NCBI RefSeq assembly: GCF_052425735.1
Contig: NC_135765.1
Location: 16,368,001-16,432,000 of the forward strand
Source: Oculina patagonica
Taxonomy: Eukaryota
Reading direction: 5' to 3'
DNA length: 64,000 bases
Made by a program: the position numbers and the translations under genes. Below are positions 37,575 through 49,500 of this stretch, piece after piece. Below the pieces are notes generated by a model. That model saw nothing but the letters and a program-made list of their open reading frames with translations, was not told where the DNA came from and ran no database searches. Every line of letters begins with the position of its first letter. Position 1 is the first letter of the stretch.

Positions 37575-38980
37575 GACACCGCGGCAAAACGCACTGCGCA
37601 TGAGTGGAAAATTAACATCCGGTCAGTTTGGTATTTCCGGTTGACTATGTAATCCAGTCGCGTAAATACAAAATTCCCGTCTCGCGAAGTTTAAACACAA
37701 AACTTAAGAAATAGCAAAGAAACCTAAGGAAAATAATGGTCTAATTCAAAAGTTTATTTATTTTTGTAGCTTCATACTTTTGCACCATAGGGTTTCCTGC
37801 TTGCACCAACATTGAAAATGATGCTTGAAGTTTACAGGTCGCAAGCGCTCGACAGTCGACAGCGGCATTTTCGTTTTGACTATGTCTATCACTTTGCCCG
37901 CTTTAATTGCTCACAAATTAAGGCGCGACAAATGAGAAAGAAAAACAACATAAAACCAAAATAAAGAACCACTGAACTTTCAAGTTTAGGCTTTCGATAA
38001 TTCTTGCCTTCACTGAGAAAAAAGTCACAAAACAAGAAAGAAAACAACATTTGCTCAGTGTTTGCTTGGTTCAACATGAATGAATTGCATGAGTCTTCGA
38101 TACTCCCGGACTACCTGGAGTTTTTGCTGGATTGAAAGCTGTTAGCCGAGAAGCTAAACAAGTTTAAATTGTGTTTCCATTCAAGACAAAGGCAATTTGA
38201 TTTTCTTAATCCTCCTCACAAGGTCAAATATTCGTCTATTTGGCGGATGTTTTCCACATTTCCAGTCCGTGTGGCTGCCTCACGCGCGAACATGAAACTT
38301 GCAGATTCGCACATGGCGTTTAATTAACCAAACTTTCAAACTATCGTACCGGTTATCTCTCCTCAATCTAAAAGGAAAAACAGAATCAAAGTTTAGTTTA
38401 AAAACTTGCTTTAAACCAAAAACCGAATAATTAAAAATCGGACCTCACTACCGGGTGTTATTTAAAAAAAAAAAACTTTAAAAAGTTTTTATACCTCTGC
38501 TAAACGAAAAACAAACGAAGCGACTGCGTGCTGTCATTTTTTAGGGCGAAGTGTTAGGTTAAATAAATGTAGAACTGAAAACAATTAAAGCTAAAAAATA
38601 CACAAACATGCAACCAATTACTGGATAGGAAAGTATGAATTTATTCAAGGTTAATCGATCAAGAAAAACTGGCAAGTAAAACTCTGCCTTCTCGCCTTGT
38701 GTGATAAACCTAATCTGCTGCTCAAATTCAGAATCAAAGCCTCAACGAATCCACGACTTACCTTTTCTAAATCTATCGAGTATTGTTTCGGTCATATTTA
38801 GTTTGTAATCTAAGACAGCAGATTAAAACACTGCAATTCACAAAGCAAAACAACTAAAACGTGGGCCACGACTGACCTTGAACCGATCCGAAAGCGAAGC
38901 GAGTGAAGCCCGTTGAGTGACTGGAAAGGTGAACGGAAGTGCTAAATTCAGCGCATGCGTAGACGTTCTGCCGCGGTGTC
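37575..38980. mobile_element. MULE/Mutator-like non-autonomous element with 9-bp TSD
   Basis: TIR GACACCGCGGCA(A/G)AACG; TSD CGTTCTGCC at 37566-37574 and 38981-38989; empty site CGTTCTGTC at 60100-60108. Confidence 0.85.
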
Positions 38981-40565
38981 CGTTCTGCCTGGGTTTCTAA
39001 GTATCCTATATATGGTAAAATTGTTTGGTCTTGCAGTGCTCGCAGATCTGCAGCTGTTAATCCAGAGATATATTTTTATAACCTCATTAAGGTTTTAACG
39101 ACTTTATTTTAACCGTAAATCTCGACACTATTTGCACAATGTGCATAGGGTGAAGCTTAATGTACATTGTCGTACGAGCTTGGCGAATGCAAGGGGGATG
39201 GAGGGTGCATGGGTGTACGGCTTCCTTTATTAATTCTTGTAATTTGTAGTGTTCTGCACACTGTGCAACTGAGTCATCATTTGTTCGCATTTTTTTGATA
39301 CATTGTGGTTATTCAGTTCAATATGCTTTTGTTGGAAGCAAATCCAAGGGTGTCGCAAGCAATCACAACAGTTCATTACTCAAGAATCAAGAATCAATAT
39401 TTTTGTTGAGTTCAATTTTTACATCTGGTTTCTAGGCATTCAAGCCAACTTGGAAGCGGCATTCAAAGTTCTTAAATTTTAAAAATTTTATAACTACTCA
39501 TTTACGTCGAGGGACAAAGCAATTTTTTTTACTCGATTTTTCTGCTGTTCAAAAATTAAGAGATCAATTGAAGATCGAGAACGGCCAATAATGCATTGTG
39601 CGCGTTAATTGGCATTCGCCACATTTTGTGCGAGTAGAAAAGTCCACAACCCACTGGTCCGTTTACATTGGCGTTAAGTTCTGCATCTAGAACACTTAGA
39701 ATTTGATTCCTGCATTGTCACCTTCATGAGGACAAAACATAGTCTATTCTGCAGTTGATGACATCGTTACTGCCATCGGCTGGGCTGATAAGAGAAAAAT
39801 CGTTCTTCGTTAAACTCTGGAGCCGTAGAAATAATATTGGCCTTTAGAGCGCAGCTCCCAGTGGCTTTGCTGAGTTGCGCGATGCTTTTACGGCTAAGTA
39901 TAATATATTGCTGTCGTTAGGATATTTTCTTCGCTGATGATTTATGCTCAAGTTGCCGCGAACTTTGATTTTGTGGTGAAGTTGATGACACGTGGAACAA
40001 TTTTTCGGTGGAATTCGATTTTTGATACATTTGGATAATTTTGGAAGCAAATTTGTTTCTTCTCTGTATTTTCTGTATTTTTGTGCGCGGTTGGAAACAT
40101 ACTTGTACCGGCGCAATTGCCTTTATCGATCCGCGCATCTGTTGTGTTTTTACCATGTTTACAGCCGCTTTGAGCTTTGAGTGCAAATTTATTTTTGTCG
40201 TTGACCTTCGTGGCACATAGGCTGACACTGATAATCTTCCGTTTAAGCGATTTCAGAAACATCGCTTTCACACTATGATTTGACTTTCACATAATTTTGA
40301 TGCATTTTTTCTTAAACAGAAACAACATATGCCTGATTTAGGACTAAATAAAAGCAAAATACATTCATAATCGGTTTTCAAATTATCATCACATACAGCG
40401 AGGTACGTGATCAAAACAATAACATAAGCGCACAAAGCACAGTGGTCTGTCATGGGTTTTAAATTTCTTCTTTGACGTTTCCATTTCCTGCACGTCGTGC
40501 AGTATTGGTCATGCAACGTACAGCAGTGTACATTGTGTTTGCTGTTAGATAGCTCGGGCGTTAAA

Positions 40566-43500
40566 ATGGGGAAAATAATACTGGTGTTTTTCGTTGTTTT
40601 GGCTTGTTTGTATCCCGTTGCAAGTGAGAAAGATCTGCCAAATGGCCTTATGAAGCACCCCATTGACGGGCGACATTTGCCAGAACGCAAAGATAGTAGT
40701 GATTCCAAGATCAGAGAAAATATATCTGGCTCGGCTCGAAAACTGTTTGGTCTGGCTTACAGATCTACAGATGCAGAAATACCTCAATTGCGCAAGGTAA
40801 GATTTCAAAAGGCTTTGATTTATTGTGGGCTAATACATAGATTGTTTAATTATAAAGATTGCACCTCCACTGAAGGCTTCCCTGTGACCAACCGCGAACA
40901 GTGACCTTAGTCAGTCATGTGCAACAAAGATCTTGATTGCACACTTTCATTTTGTCATTTCAATAATGTACGTTTTGCAGAATTCTGGCGTGACAAAACT
41001 GATCTTTCTGTATTATTATGGAGTAGGAATAGTTAACAAAAAAGTTTATCGGAGTTAAACCATGCAATCTCACAGTCCTTGCAGCGCCTAGCTGTAATTC
41101 ATCCTATAGTTGGCCCTTCTCAAGTGGAAAGGAACTTGAGAGCAACACTCGTTACCGATTCAACTAACTTTTCCGAGGCACAGACTAAAAGCGTTGGCGG
41201 CCAAAGGGGTGGAAATTTAATGGAATACCTCATTTTCCAATGTTTGCTTGTTAACTATGCATAACCCATGTAAGTGGTTAGTAACACTTGCGTTCTAAAA
41301 GTTATATAACATTCAGATACATAATCGCTTTAAAAAATATTAAGTTAATGTGTGGTTGTGGTTTTTTTTTTTCGTGTCAGCTAACAGTCTTATTTTGCAA
41401 ATCGTTTTTTTTTATCAGTGGAGTTGTTTGCGTGGAAAGCCAAATTTTACATCTGCTTAGCTAGTAAAATCTGGTGTTGCTTCCATGTACTATTCCAAAT
41501 GAAATCCCTAAAGCCAGCCGCACACTAGAGCAACTAGCTGAGCTATTTGCCTCACGTGCCCGTTTACTTAGCCGTTTACTCACTGCACATTTCAGCACAG
41601 ACAGCTAGGATAGTGCTTAGCAAGTTTGATTCGGAAGCCGCCATATGCATGTTGAGCATTCTCCGTGTGTTTATTGGTCAGTTGATATATCTGGCTAAGC
41701 AAGTAGCTCACGTCGCCCGCACACGTTGAGGATTTTTCCTCTCGAGGTAAAAATATCAGACACGATAGATATTTTCCTCAAGGCCTCACAAAGTAAAATT
41801 CTTACGAAAAATGTCCGCACACGAGAGAAATCTGCTGAGAAAACGGGCACGCGAGGCTGTTAGCTCAGCTAGATACTCTAGTGTGCGGCTGTTCAAAGTT
41901 CACGTCAACTCCGATTCACTCAAGGTGAATCATCATCGCATTCGACGGCTACCATCGCACAATTTCTAGACCTTTTAGGTGAAAACAACAGGGGAAGCTC
42001 GACCCAGTTAAAATTTATTCCATGTATAGGTTGCTAACTTGGTCGCTTTTGCAGATTGTATGTTCAGAATGAATCTCTGGGTAAATCTTGGGGAAGTCAC
42101 GCAATATCTGTCTTAAATGGCAAAGGGGGTTTCCGGCAAAGCTTTGCTTGCTTGCTGCAGAAGCGAGTCACCCAAGCCAAGCACGCATGGAACGCTGATT
42201 GGAAATGTTATTTTCCTCTTGTGCCCCTCATAACAGATAAAAGCCTTCAGCACTATGGGATGTGCTAGTTTTTGATTCATAATTTATTTTTTAACATTGT
42301 TCAATTGTGACAAATGTACTATTACAATATCCCGAGCACGGCTGCCTGTTGGCCGTCTCATAGTTAATAAAGATATTCGAAATTAAGGATAATATTTACT
42401 TTTTTCCTGCTTTCTTTGAAGGATGAAGTTAAAAGTGACAGCATAAACGATGTGAAGGAAATTTCTGGCGAAGTAAAAAGAGGAAAAGTAGATATTTCAA
42501 TTTGACACCCGTCTTTGTATTTGTATTAGTATTTCTATTGAGTATTTGTGTAGTATTGTAAAACTACAATTCAGCGGTTAACTGGAGAGAAAATTGTTGA
42601 CTATTGTTATCATTAAGGTAACCTGGTTTTGAAAAAACTGTCGGAAAGGCATAATATAAATATATCAGTTTTCATTTATTTTTGCCCCCTGAAATGGGTT
42701 TGGTCCATACGTATAAACTACCAATTGATTATTCTCAAATTCTTTATTGTTTCTTTAGCTACGAGCCGAAATTGAATTTTGGCCGACCGGAATTTTGTGA
42801 CGTTGAACGAAAAGGTGAAATTCACTGATTTTGTGAAGCGCGCGTTACGTCCACAAAATTGCAGTTCATGAAATTTTATTTTGACACGATTCTAAGGTAC
42901 ATTCACTACGTTCACTGACGAAATAGAATCAGTAAAGAAACTGTTTATTGAATTCTAAGCTGGCCAGTGTGACTGAAAGACACCCTACTTTGGGGCCTTA
43001 ATTCATAGCAAAATATATAGCCACATTTGAGAGAAAACATTTTAAATGTTGGGTCTAAATTGGGGTTAAAAAGCACACCACAGTAAAGTTCCTCCCTTAA
43101 TGAATCATTTTATAAGGTCAAATCGGTGGGCATTTCCATGAACTGCACGCGACATCAAATTAAAACCTGACATTGTATTAAACACCAACACTGCGTTATT
43201 AAGCGGTATCATTTCAATATGATGAATTTCCTAAGCAGGTCAGTCTTGCTGTTGGATGTCAGTGCCAATAAATATTTGAAGGAAAAAATAACTTTCTTTT
43301 CTTTCTTCCGCTATCTTTGAAGGTCGAAACCGAAAGAAACATCATGAACGATGCTAAAGAAAGTTCTGACAAAAGAAGATTTAAAAGAGAAAAAGGTAAA
43401 CGTAATTAGTACTTGGAACTGCTATGAGGGATTGGAGTTATAGTAGAACTACATATTGCTCGTGCTGTGTGGATACCAGGGGCTTTTCCTATGGCAATAT

Positions 43501-46500
43501 TCAGCAACGCTGCAACAGCTGCAAAATTTTTCAATTTTTCAATTTTCTGTCCTAATTTAGCTGCATTATGCTTGTGTTACATATGCACAACGTGAACGCC
43601 ATGTTGGATCTACAAAACCGCATGGTTTAATGTGAACAATCGTACATAATGGCCAGCGGTATGCCATACATAACATCCCCCTCTTTCAATTACAACAACA
43701 ATAAAATAAACAGAAATCAAAGTTAAAGAAATGTCTCAATGTTAATCAAACAGTGTCTAGATATTATTGTTCATTTTGAACAACTGTCCACAGCTCTAAG
43801 GCAACTTTGTTACAAGTTTAGTCTGCTTGGCTTCTTGACTCGTCTGCCACTTTGAGTTGTGTACGGGGCTGAGTCCTTGGCTTCTGCTGTGTCGGAAGGA
43901 GGTGGAGGAGCCGTGGCAGGGGGAGATGGAGGTGGAGCTGTTGTTAGGATGTGGGTTGTGATCTTGTACTGGTTGCTCCATTTGTGTATCTGCTTGGAAT
44001 GTGGGTACTGTGCATGGGTTGCCTGAGCGAGATTCGGGCTGCTGGACAGAGTTTGGATGACATTTCTGATATTCTGCATGAGACTTTGCCGAGTCAATTC
44101 TCCGGGCCACTCTGTTTCGTCTGATTCTTCTACCACCTACATCCACCACATATAACCTAGGCAAGGCATGTTTCTGCACTACTGTCGCTGCTCTCCACTC
44201 CTTTGACCCGGGCTCAGGTTTCACTTTTACAGGATCACCAGGTTTCAGCGGAGGTAGGTCTTTAGTGCCATGGCGGTCATAGAAGTACTTCTGCTGTTCT
44301 TTGCCAGGACCTTCTTCATCACTAGAATAATCTTCGCTTGGATACTGCATTTCATTCAACAGGTTGACATTTCTTGTCTTACTACTGCACACTTGGGCAA
44401 AATGTCCAATTTTCTTGCACTTCTTGCATGATTCATTTTTAGCTGGACATTTTTCTTGTGGTTTTTGAACATTGTATCCACACCTACCTCACTTTTTAAC
44501 TTGCTCGTTGTTCTCTTTCGGTATCTTCTGTTTCCCGCACGTTTTGGACCTCTTAGTTGAGCCATCTCTCCATGCAAGTTTATTGACGACCTCCACTTTC
44601 GGGTCTTCGCCAGACATCACTTGCATTCCATCGTTGGTCGCTTCGAACATCCGACCGATGTCAATTGCCAGCTGCAAGGTAAGGTTTTTACTTTTCTCCA
44701 AGCAGCATTGCCTTACTCGTTCGTCCAGTGATTTGCATGAATGGCGTTCCGAATTAATTTATTCGTTTCTGTCATATCCAACCTCGGGCCAGTAGTGTCA
44801 GATCAGTGACAAAAGAGTCAAATGTTTCTTATTGCAACTGGCGTCTTCGATCAAATTTAACTGCCGCCATAAAAGGGTTCTTCTTGGCTTCAAGGTGAGC
44901 TTTGAACTTTCCGACGACTCTAACGAGTATGTCTTTTCACTTACATCTTGAGCGGATTTTCCGGATCCAACTTTCACAGTTTCCCACTGGTTGCATATTT
45001 TCTCCCTTTCGGTGCATTTGCTGAGCGGTCCTCCGAACGTGAATTCGCAGTGTTGATAAAACCTTTCCCGTTCTTTACTCAGTTCCGAAGCGCCCCAGTT
45101 CATTTTTGGCCAGAATGACGAGTTTGTGTAACCTTCTGCCATTTCGTAAGGCTCTGTTCTAGCCAGTGGCGCTCGAAATCCCACTATATTGACACCATGT
45201 TACATATGCGCAACGTGAACGCCATGTTGGATCTACAAAACCGCATGGTTTAATGTGCTAATTTTATTTAATTGCGTCGCTATATAACTCTCCAGGTTAA
45301 TTTTTTCCTGCGCCATGGCAATGCAATCCACCAATTGTTATCTTGCTTCGTTAAGTGCACATTTATAATGGGAACTGTTTACCAAGGAGAATGAGACGGT
45401 TGAGGGTTTAAAACACGATGCAAAGTTCTTTAATACACCGTATATAATTTCATTGTTTTTTGTTAGAGTAGGCTTTTTCTTGTAGCAATGATAGTACCAA
45501 TTTATAAAGCCCAACCAGAAGGAGATGGCTAGGGGGCAATTAAAAGAAAAAAACATGCAAAATAGTCTGATCAGCATTGGTACAAAAGGGACAGTGAGGC
45601 AAATCGATCTTTTTCATTTTATGCAACAGGCTATTAGTGCAAGGTATGTTATGAATGATTTTATATTGGAAAATCACAAGTTTGATTTCCTTGGTAAGGC
45701 AAAAAGGTAAAAAAAAAAATAGATAATGCGTCGCTTGTGTGAGTGGAAACCATACTCTATTAACCTTTTGTCAGCTGTGGGCTGGGGTTGGAAGGTCTCT
45801 ATGAACGATGAGCAAGTTGTAAATCGCTTTACACGTCAGCTTCTTGTCTGAGATTCTTTAGTCTTCTCTTCACTTACGTTTATAGCATATTTCCACTGAC
45901 AAAATATAGCAGACCATAGTACTGTATAAAGTTGCATATTGAATTTGAGCTGGAAGTTCTTGCACGTGAGGAAATTGTTTCCGGATTCGTTTACTCATTA
46001 AAGTAGAGAGATGTTGTATGACAGCCTGTTGCCAGTAACAGCATATGCCAACTGAAGCGAAGCCTTCTTAACAGGTTTTGGTGGGCTTATATCTGGAGAA
46101 AATTATATCCAGGAGGCAGAGGCTTCCAAATACGCTACTAAATCAGCTACGATAATCGATTTAATGGCCTCTGACGATGGATGTGTTGTAAAAATGTCAC
46201 TCTGCATAAGCGTTTTGATTTGCACTCCTCTAGCAAACGTGTTAAAAATAAATCCTATTTGAAGTTTATTGCAATACAAGCACAATTTTTTGGGAGGACG
46301 TTAAAAGTTGAATACGAAATTAATTGGGTATGCTGTTACAATCGTTTTACCTCTTAAAGTTCATTAGGACTAGAAACGTCTTCGCTGTGGTCACTCAATA
46401 AGACAGTTATCAATGTGTTTGTTTATCTCTGCATTTGTAACGTCACTTGCAAACTTCATGCCACAAACAGGACAGCAAATTTCCTTCTTTGTGGCCTATT

Positions 46501-49500
46501 GGATAGCTCTATTTAGGCCATATAGAACAGGCCAAATAGAGGCCCGTAGGGTCGAGAAAAATTATTTTGGAGAGCTCCCCCTCCCTGCGGGCCGCGACTT
46601 TATTTTTAGGCCAAATGGATGATCGGGCCCCACACTTATTTGAAGGTCGCCACCGAATATTAATCATTTATTCGGTTGAAACAGGTCAAATCATGCACTG
46701 CTCTTAACTAGTAACATATATTCAAATGTAATTTTAATTTGCTTTCGTATAAAGCAAAAACTTGATCACCATTCAACAATAAAGTAATATAAAGGCAATT
46801 AAGTCTCCAAGATGGCACCAAGCCTGGATAAAACTAGATGTATAGGAGTATGGTCGATTTGCCTTATACGTAGCTGGGATTTATTTGAGAAATGACCAGA
46901 TAGCCTAGACTGGCTTTCATTTCATGTCACCATAATGGCTAGATTTTTAGTTCGCGTTTATCGTAAATACATCAACAGACGAACTAACTATACTGGCCAA
47001 GATTTGCTATCACGATAAAAAAAAAGTTGCTATAATCGCATTGACTCTCACCGGGAAAATAGACTTCTTAAACTTCCTTGAGATCGTTGAAGGACGTTGA
47101 AGTATTTAATTGACAAATGTTCTTCTTATGAAACCACATGTAGGCAGACCACCCAATGCGTTTGTACCCACCCAATTGTCGTCATAAGACGAGCAAAGAA
47201 AATAAATTAAAATCTATAAGGGTTGTGAATAAGGCTCTGAAAATTACATATCTGAACGCATCTCGGTGTGAATACCTCAATAAAGTTAAATGAAATGTTA
47301 ATGGACTCATGAGAGGGGTGAATAAGGATAAGCAAATCCGCCGATCCGTGATATTTTCTGGCCAAATTTGTCAGTCCACCACTATTTTCGTTCAAATCCG
47401 AATCTGTTATAGTTTCACTGCGACGGACGATAGATGCTTTTTAATGCCAATTTTAAAACAAGTTTAGTTTAGTTTTATTGCTTGTTTTTGCGACAATTCC
47501 GCCAACTTAAAGACGGAAACGAATTCGTTTAGTATCCACCATCAGAGCTTCCTACAATAAAAAGCCTGGAATCCGGGCCATAATTCTCTGCTAGTCCACG
47601 ATTCGCTGTACTTTGAAAATCCGCGAATCCGCTCAATGTATCACCAAAATTTTCGCAATCCGAGAATCGCTTTTTAAGGCCAAACCCGTCAATCCGCGAA
47701 CCCATTCACCCCCTCACTCATGTGTGGTGTTTTCCGGCCTTCCTGGGACGTTTGAAGCATCTTTTTAGTGTGAAACGACCTTATAAATGACTTATTTGTT
47801 CATTAGCTGAGACATATCAAGTTATTTAATATAAATTTTGTGTAGAAGAAAAGCGATGGCGACTAACAATGTGTGTAAAACATTAATTACATTTGTGACC
47901 AAACCTTATTACGCGTGTGACCAGTTATTACACTTGTGCCTTCAACAACCGTTGCATTGGCTCTCTTGGAAGCATTCGAAAATCCATGAATTTGATACGA
48001 ACATACGGACTTGAGTCCTTGAACTGAAATTGCTCTATTTGCGGACAATCTTTCTCGATATTATCGAACCACATAGAAAATGGGCATTCTTTGGTCTTCT
48101 GGGTTGATCTGGCGGAAGGCCTTTTCGATGTCAGCTATACTGCAGCAATTGAATGCTCTCGAAACTAAGTTCGATCCTTTTTTTTCTCTTAACACTCGTT
48201 AATGAATGCGGTTGACTTGTCAATTTTGGCTGACCAGCAAATACAGCTTTTAGTTTCCCTGTATGACCGGACTACGCCATGATGACGTAAGAAACATGTC
48301 GAAGCTTGGTCGTCGTGGTTTTCCGAGACAACATTTTCTTTCCACGGCAAACCTACTTCGTCTTTTTTCTCATCGAAATAAAGCTCTCCAGGAACTCTTC
48401 ATCATCCAACTGTGACGCAGGTGGTTCCAAACATATTCCTAACGATTCAGTGTCCCTTACAATGTCAAATGGTGTGATGAGATTGGTAGTTGCAAACTTC
48501 TCCCTCGATTTTTCAGTACTTGTGAGACCAGCAGGCAAGAGATCAAAACATGTTGCTCGCTTCTATGGAACCACTGCTGCCACCGGTTATTGATGACAGG
48601 TAGTTGAACTTTTCGGTGTTGGAAATCCCTTAGTTACGATGTACCGCCGATTGAAACGAATCCCTAAAAGGGGTTTACACTAAGCTATTCCACTTGGTTC
48701 CGCATTTTGATTCACTGGCTGTGCTATCGTTTGAAACGATTCCACGTTTTGCTGAGTTGGCATGATTGCTTTGCTTGCATTCTTGATTTTTACGATAATT
48801 TGCAAAAAAATGGAGTAACGTAGATGAGCTAAATTTCACTTCTTTTATATCCGGCCGTCAGCTCCTGTTAAACATTTGGTGAATCCGCTGACTAGTGCAT
48901 TCCGCTTGTAAATATATCGGGGGTAGATCGAGGGCGCCTTCAAGGGTGAGAAACCGTCTTACGTTTCATTATTTCTTCTTCCTCCCATAAGCATACATCT
49001 TTGTTGAGTTCGAATATCGAGTACTTGACTGCCAAAAAAGTACAAAGTCGATGAGCTATACGAATTCTCAAATGATTAAAACCAGCTTAAATACAGGTGG
49101 CGTTCGGGCAAACGCTGCGTTTCGGTAAATGGTTTCTTAAATGCTCATTACATTTTTACCCCAGTAAAAACAATTTGCACCATAACCTGACATGTTTTTC
49201 ATGAAATAAACGCTTTTTTACACATTATATTCGGTTGTGTACTTAAAAAATCTACGAAGTAGCGAGTATAAATTAATTTCCACTTTAAATTGTCTTTGCA
49301 TTCCTGATTTCCGATGTATTACAGTTAGGTACCTTTAAAGGAGGTTTTGCTGCAGATCACGTTTTGCGTTCTGTGGAGTAACTTTGGCGGTCCATTCAAC
49401 TGACAGACACTAACGTCAGGCGAGGATATTACTAAGCGTATAAAGAAAAGAAACAGCCATGTATGTTTTACACGTTCTGGCCTAGTAAAGGTCTATACAA

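Larger units (their letters stand above)
34609..43450 (+). repeat. Segmental duplication copy 1 (gene A 3' end, intergenic, gene B exons 1-3)
   Basis: Collinear with ~50600-63850: 34966-35950 ~ 51065-52925; 36155-36600 ~ 59358-59690; 38981-39490 ~ 60100-60780; 40490-43450 ~ 60950-63850. Confidence 0.9.
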
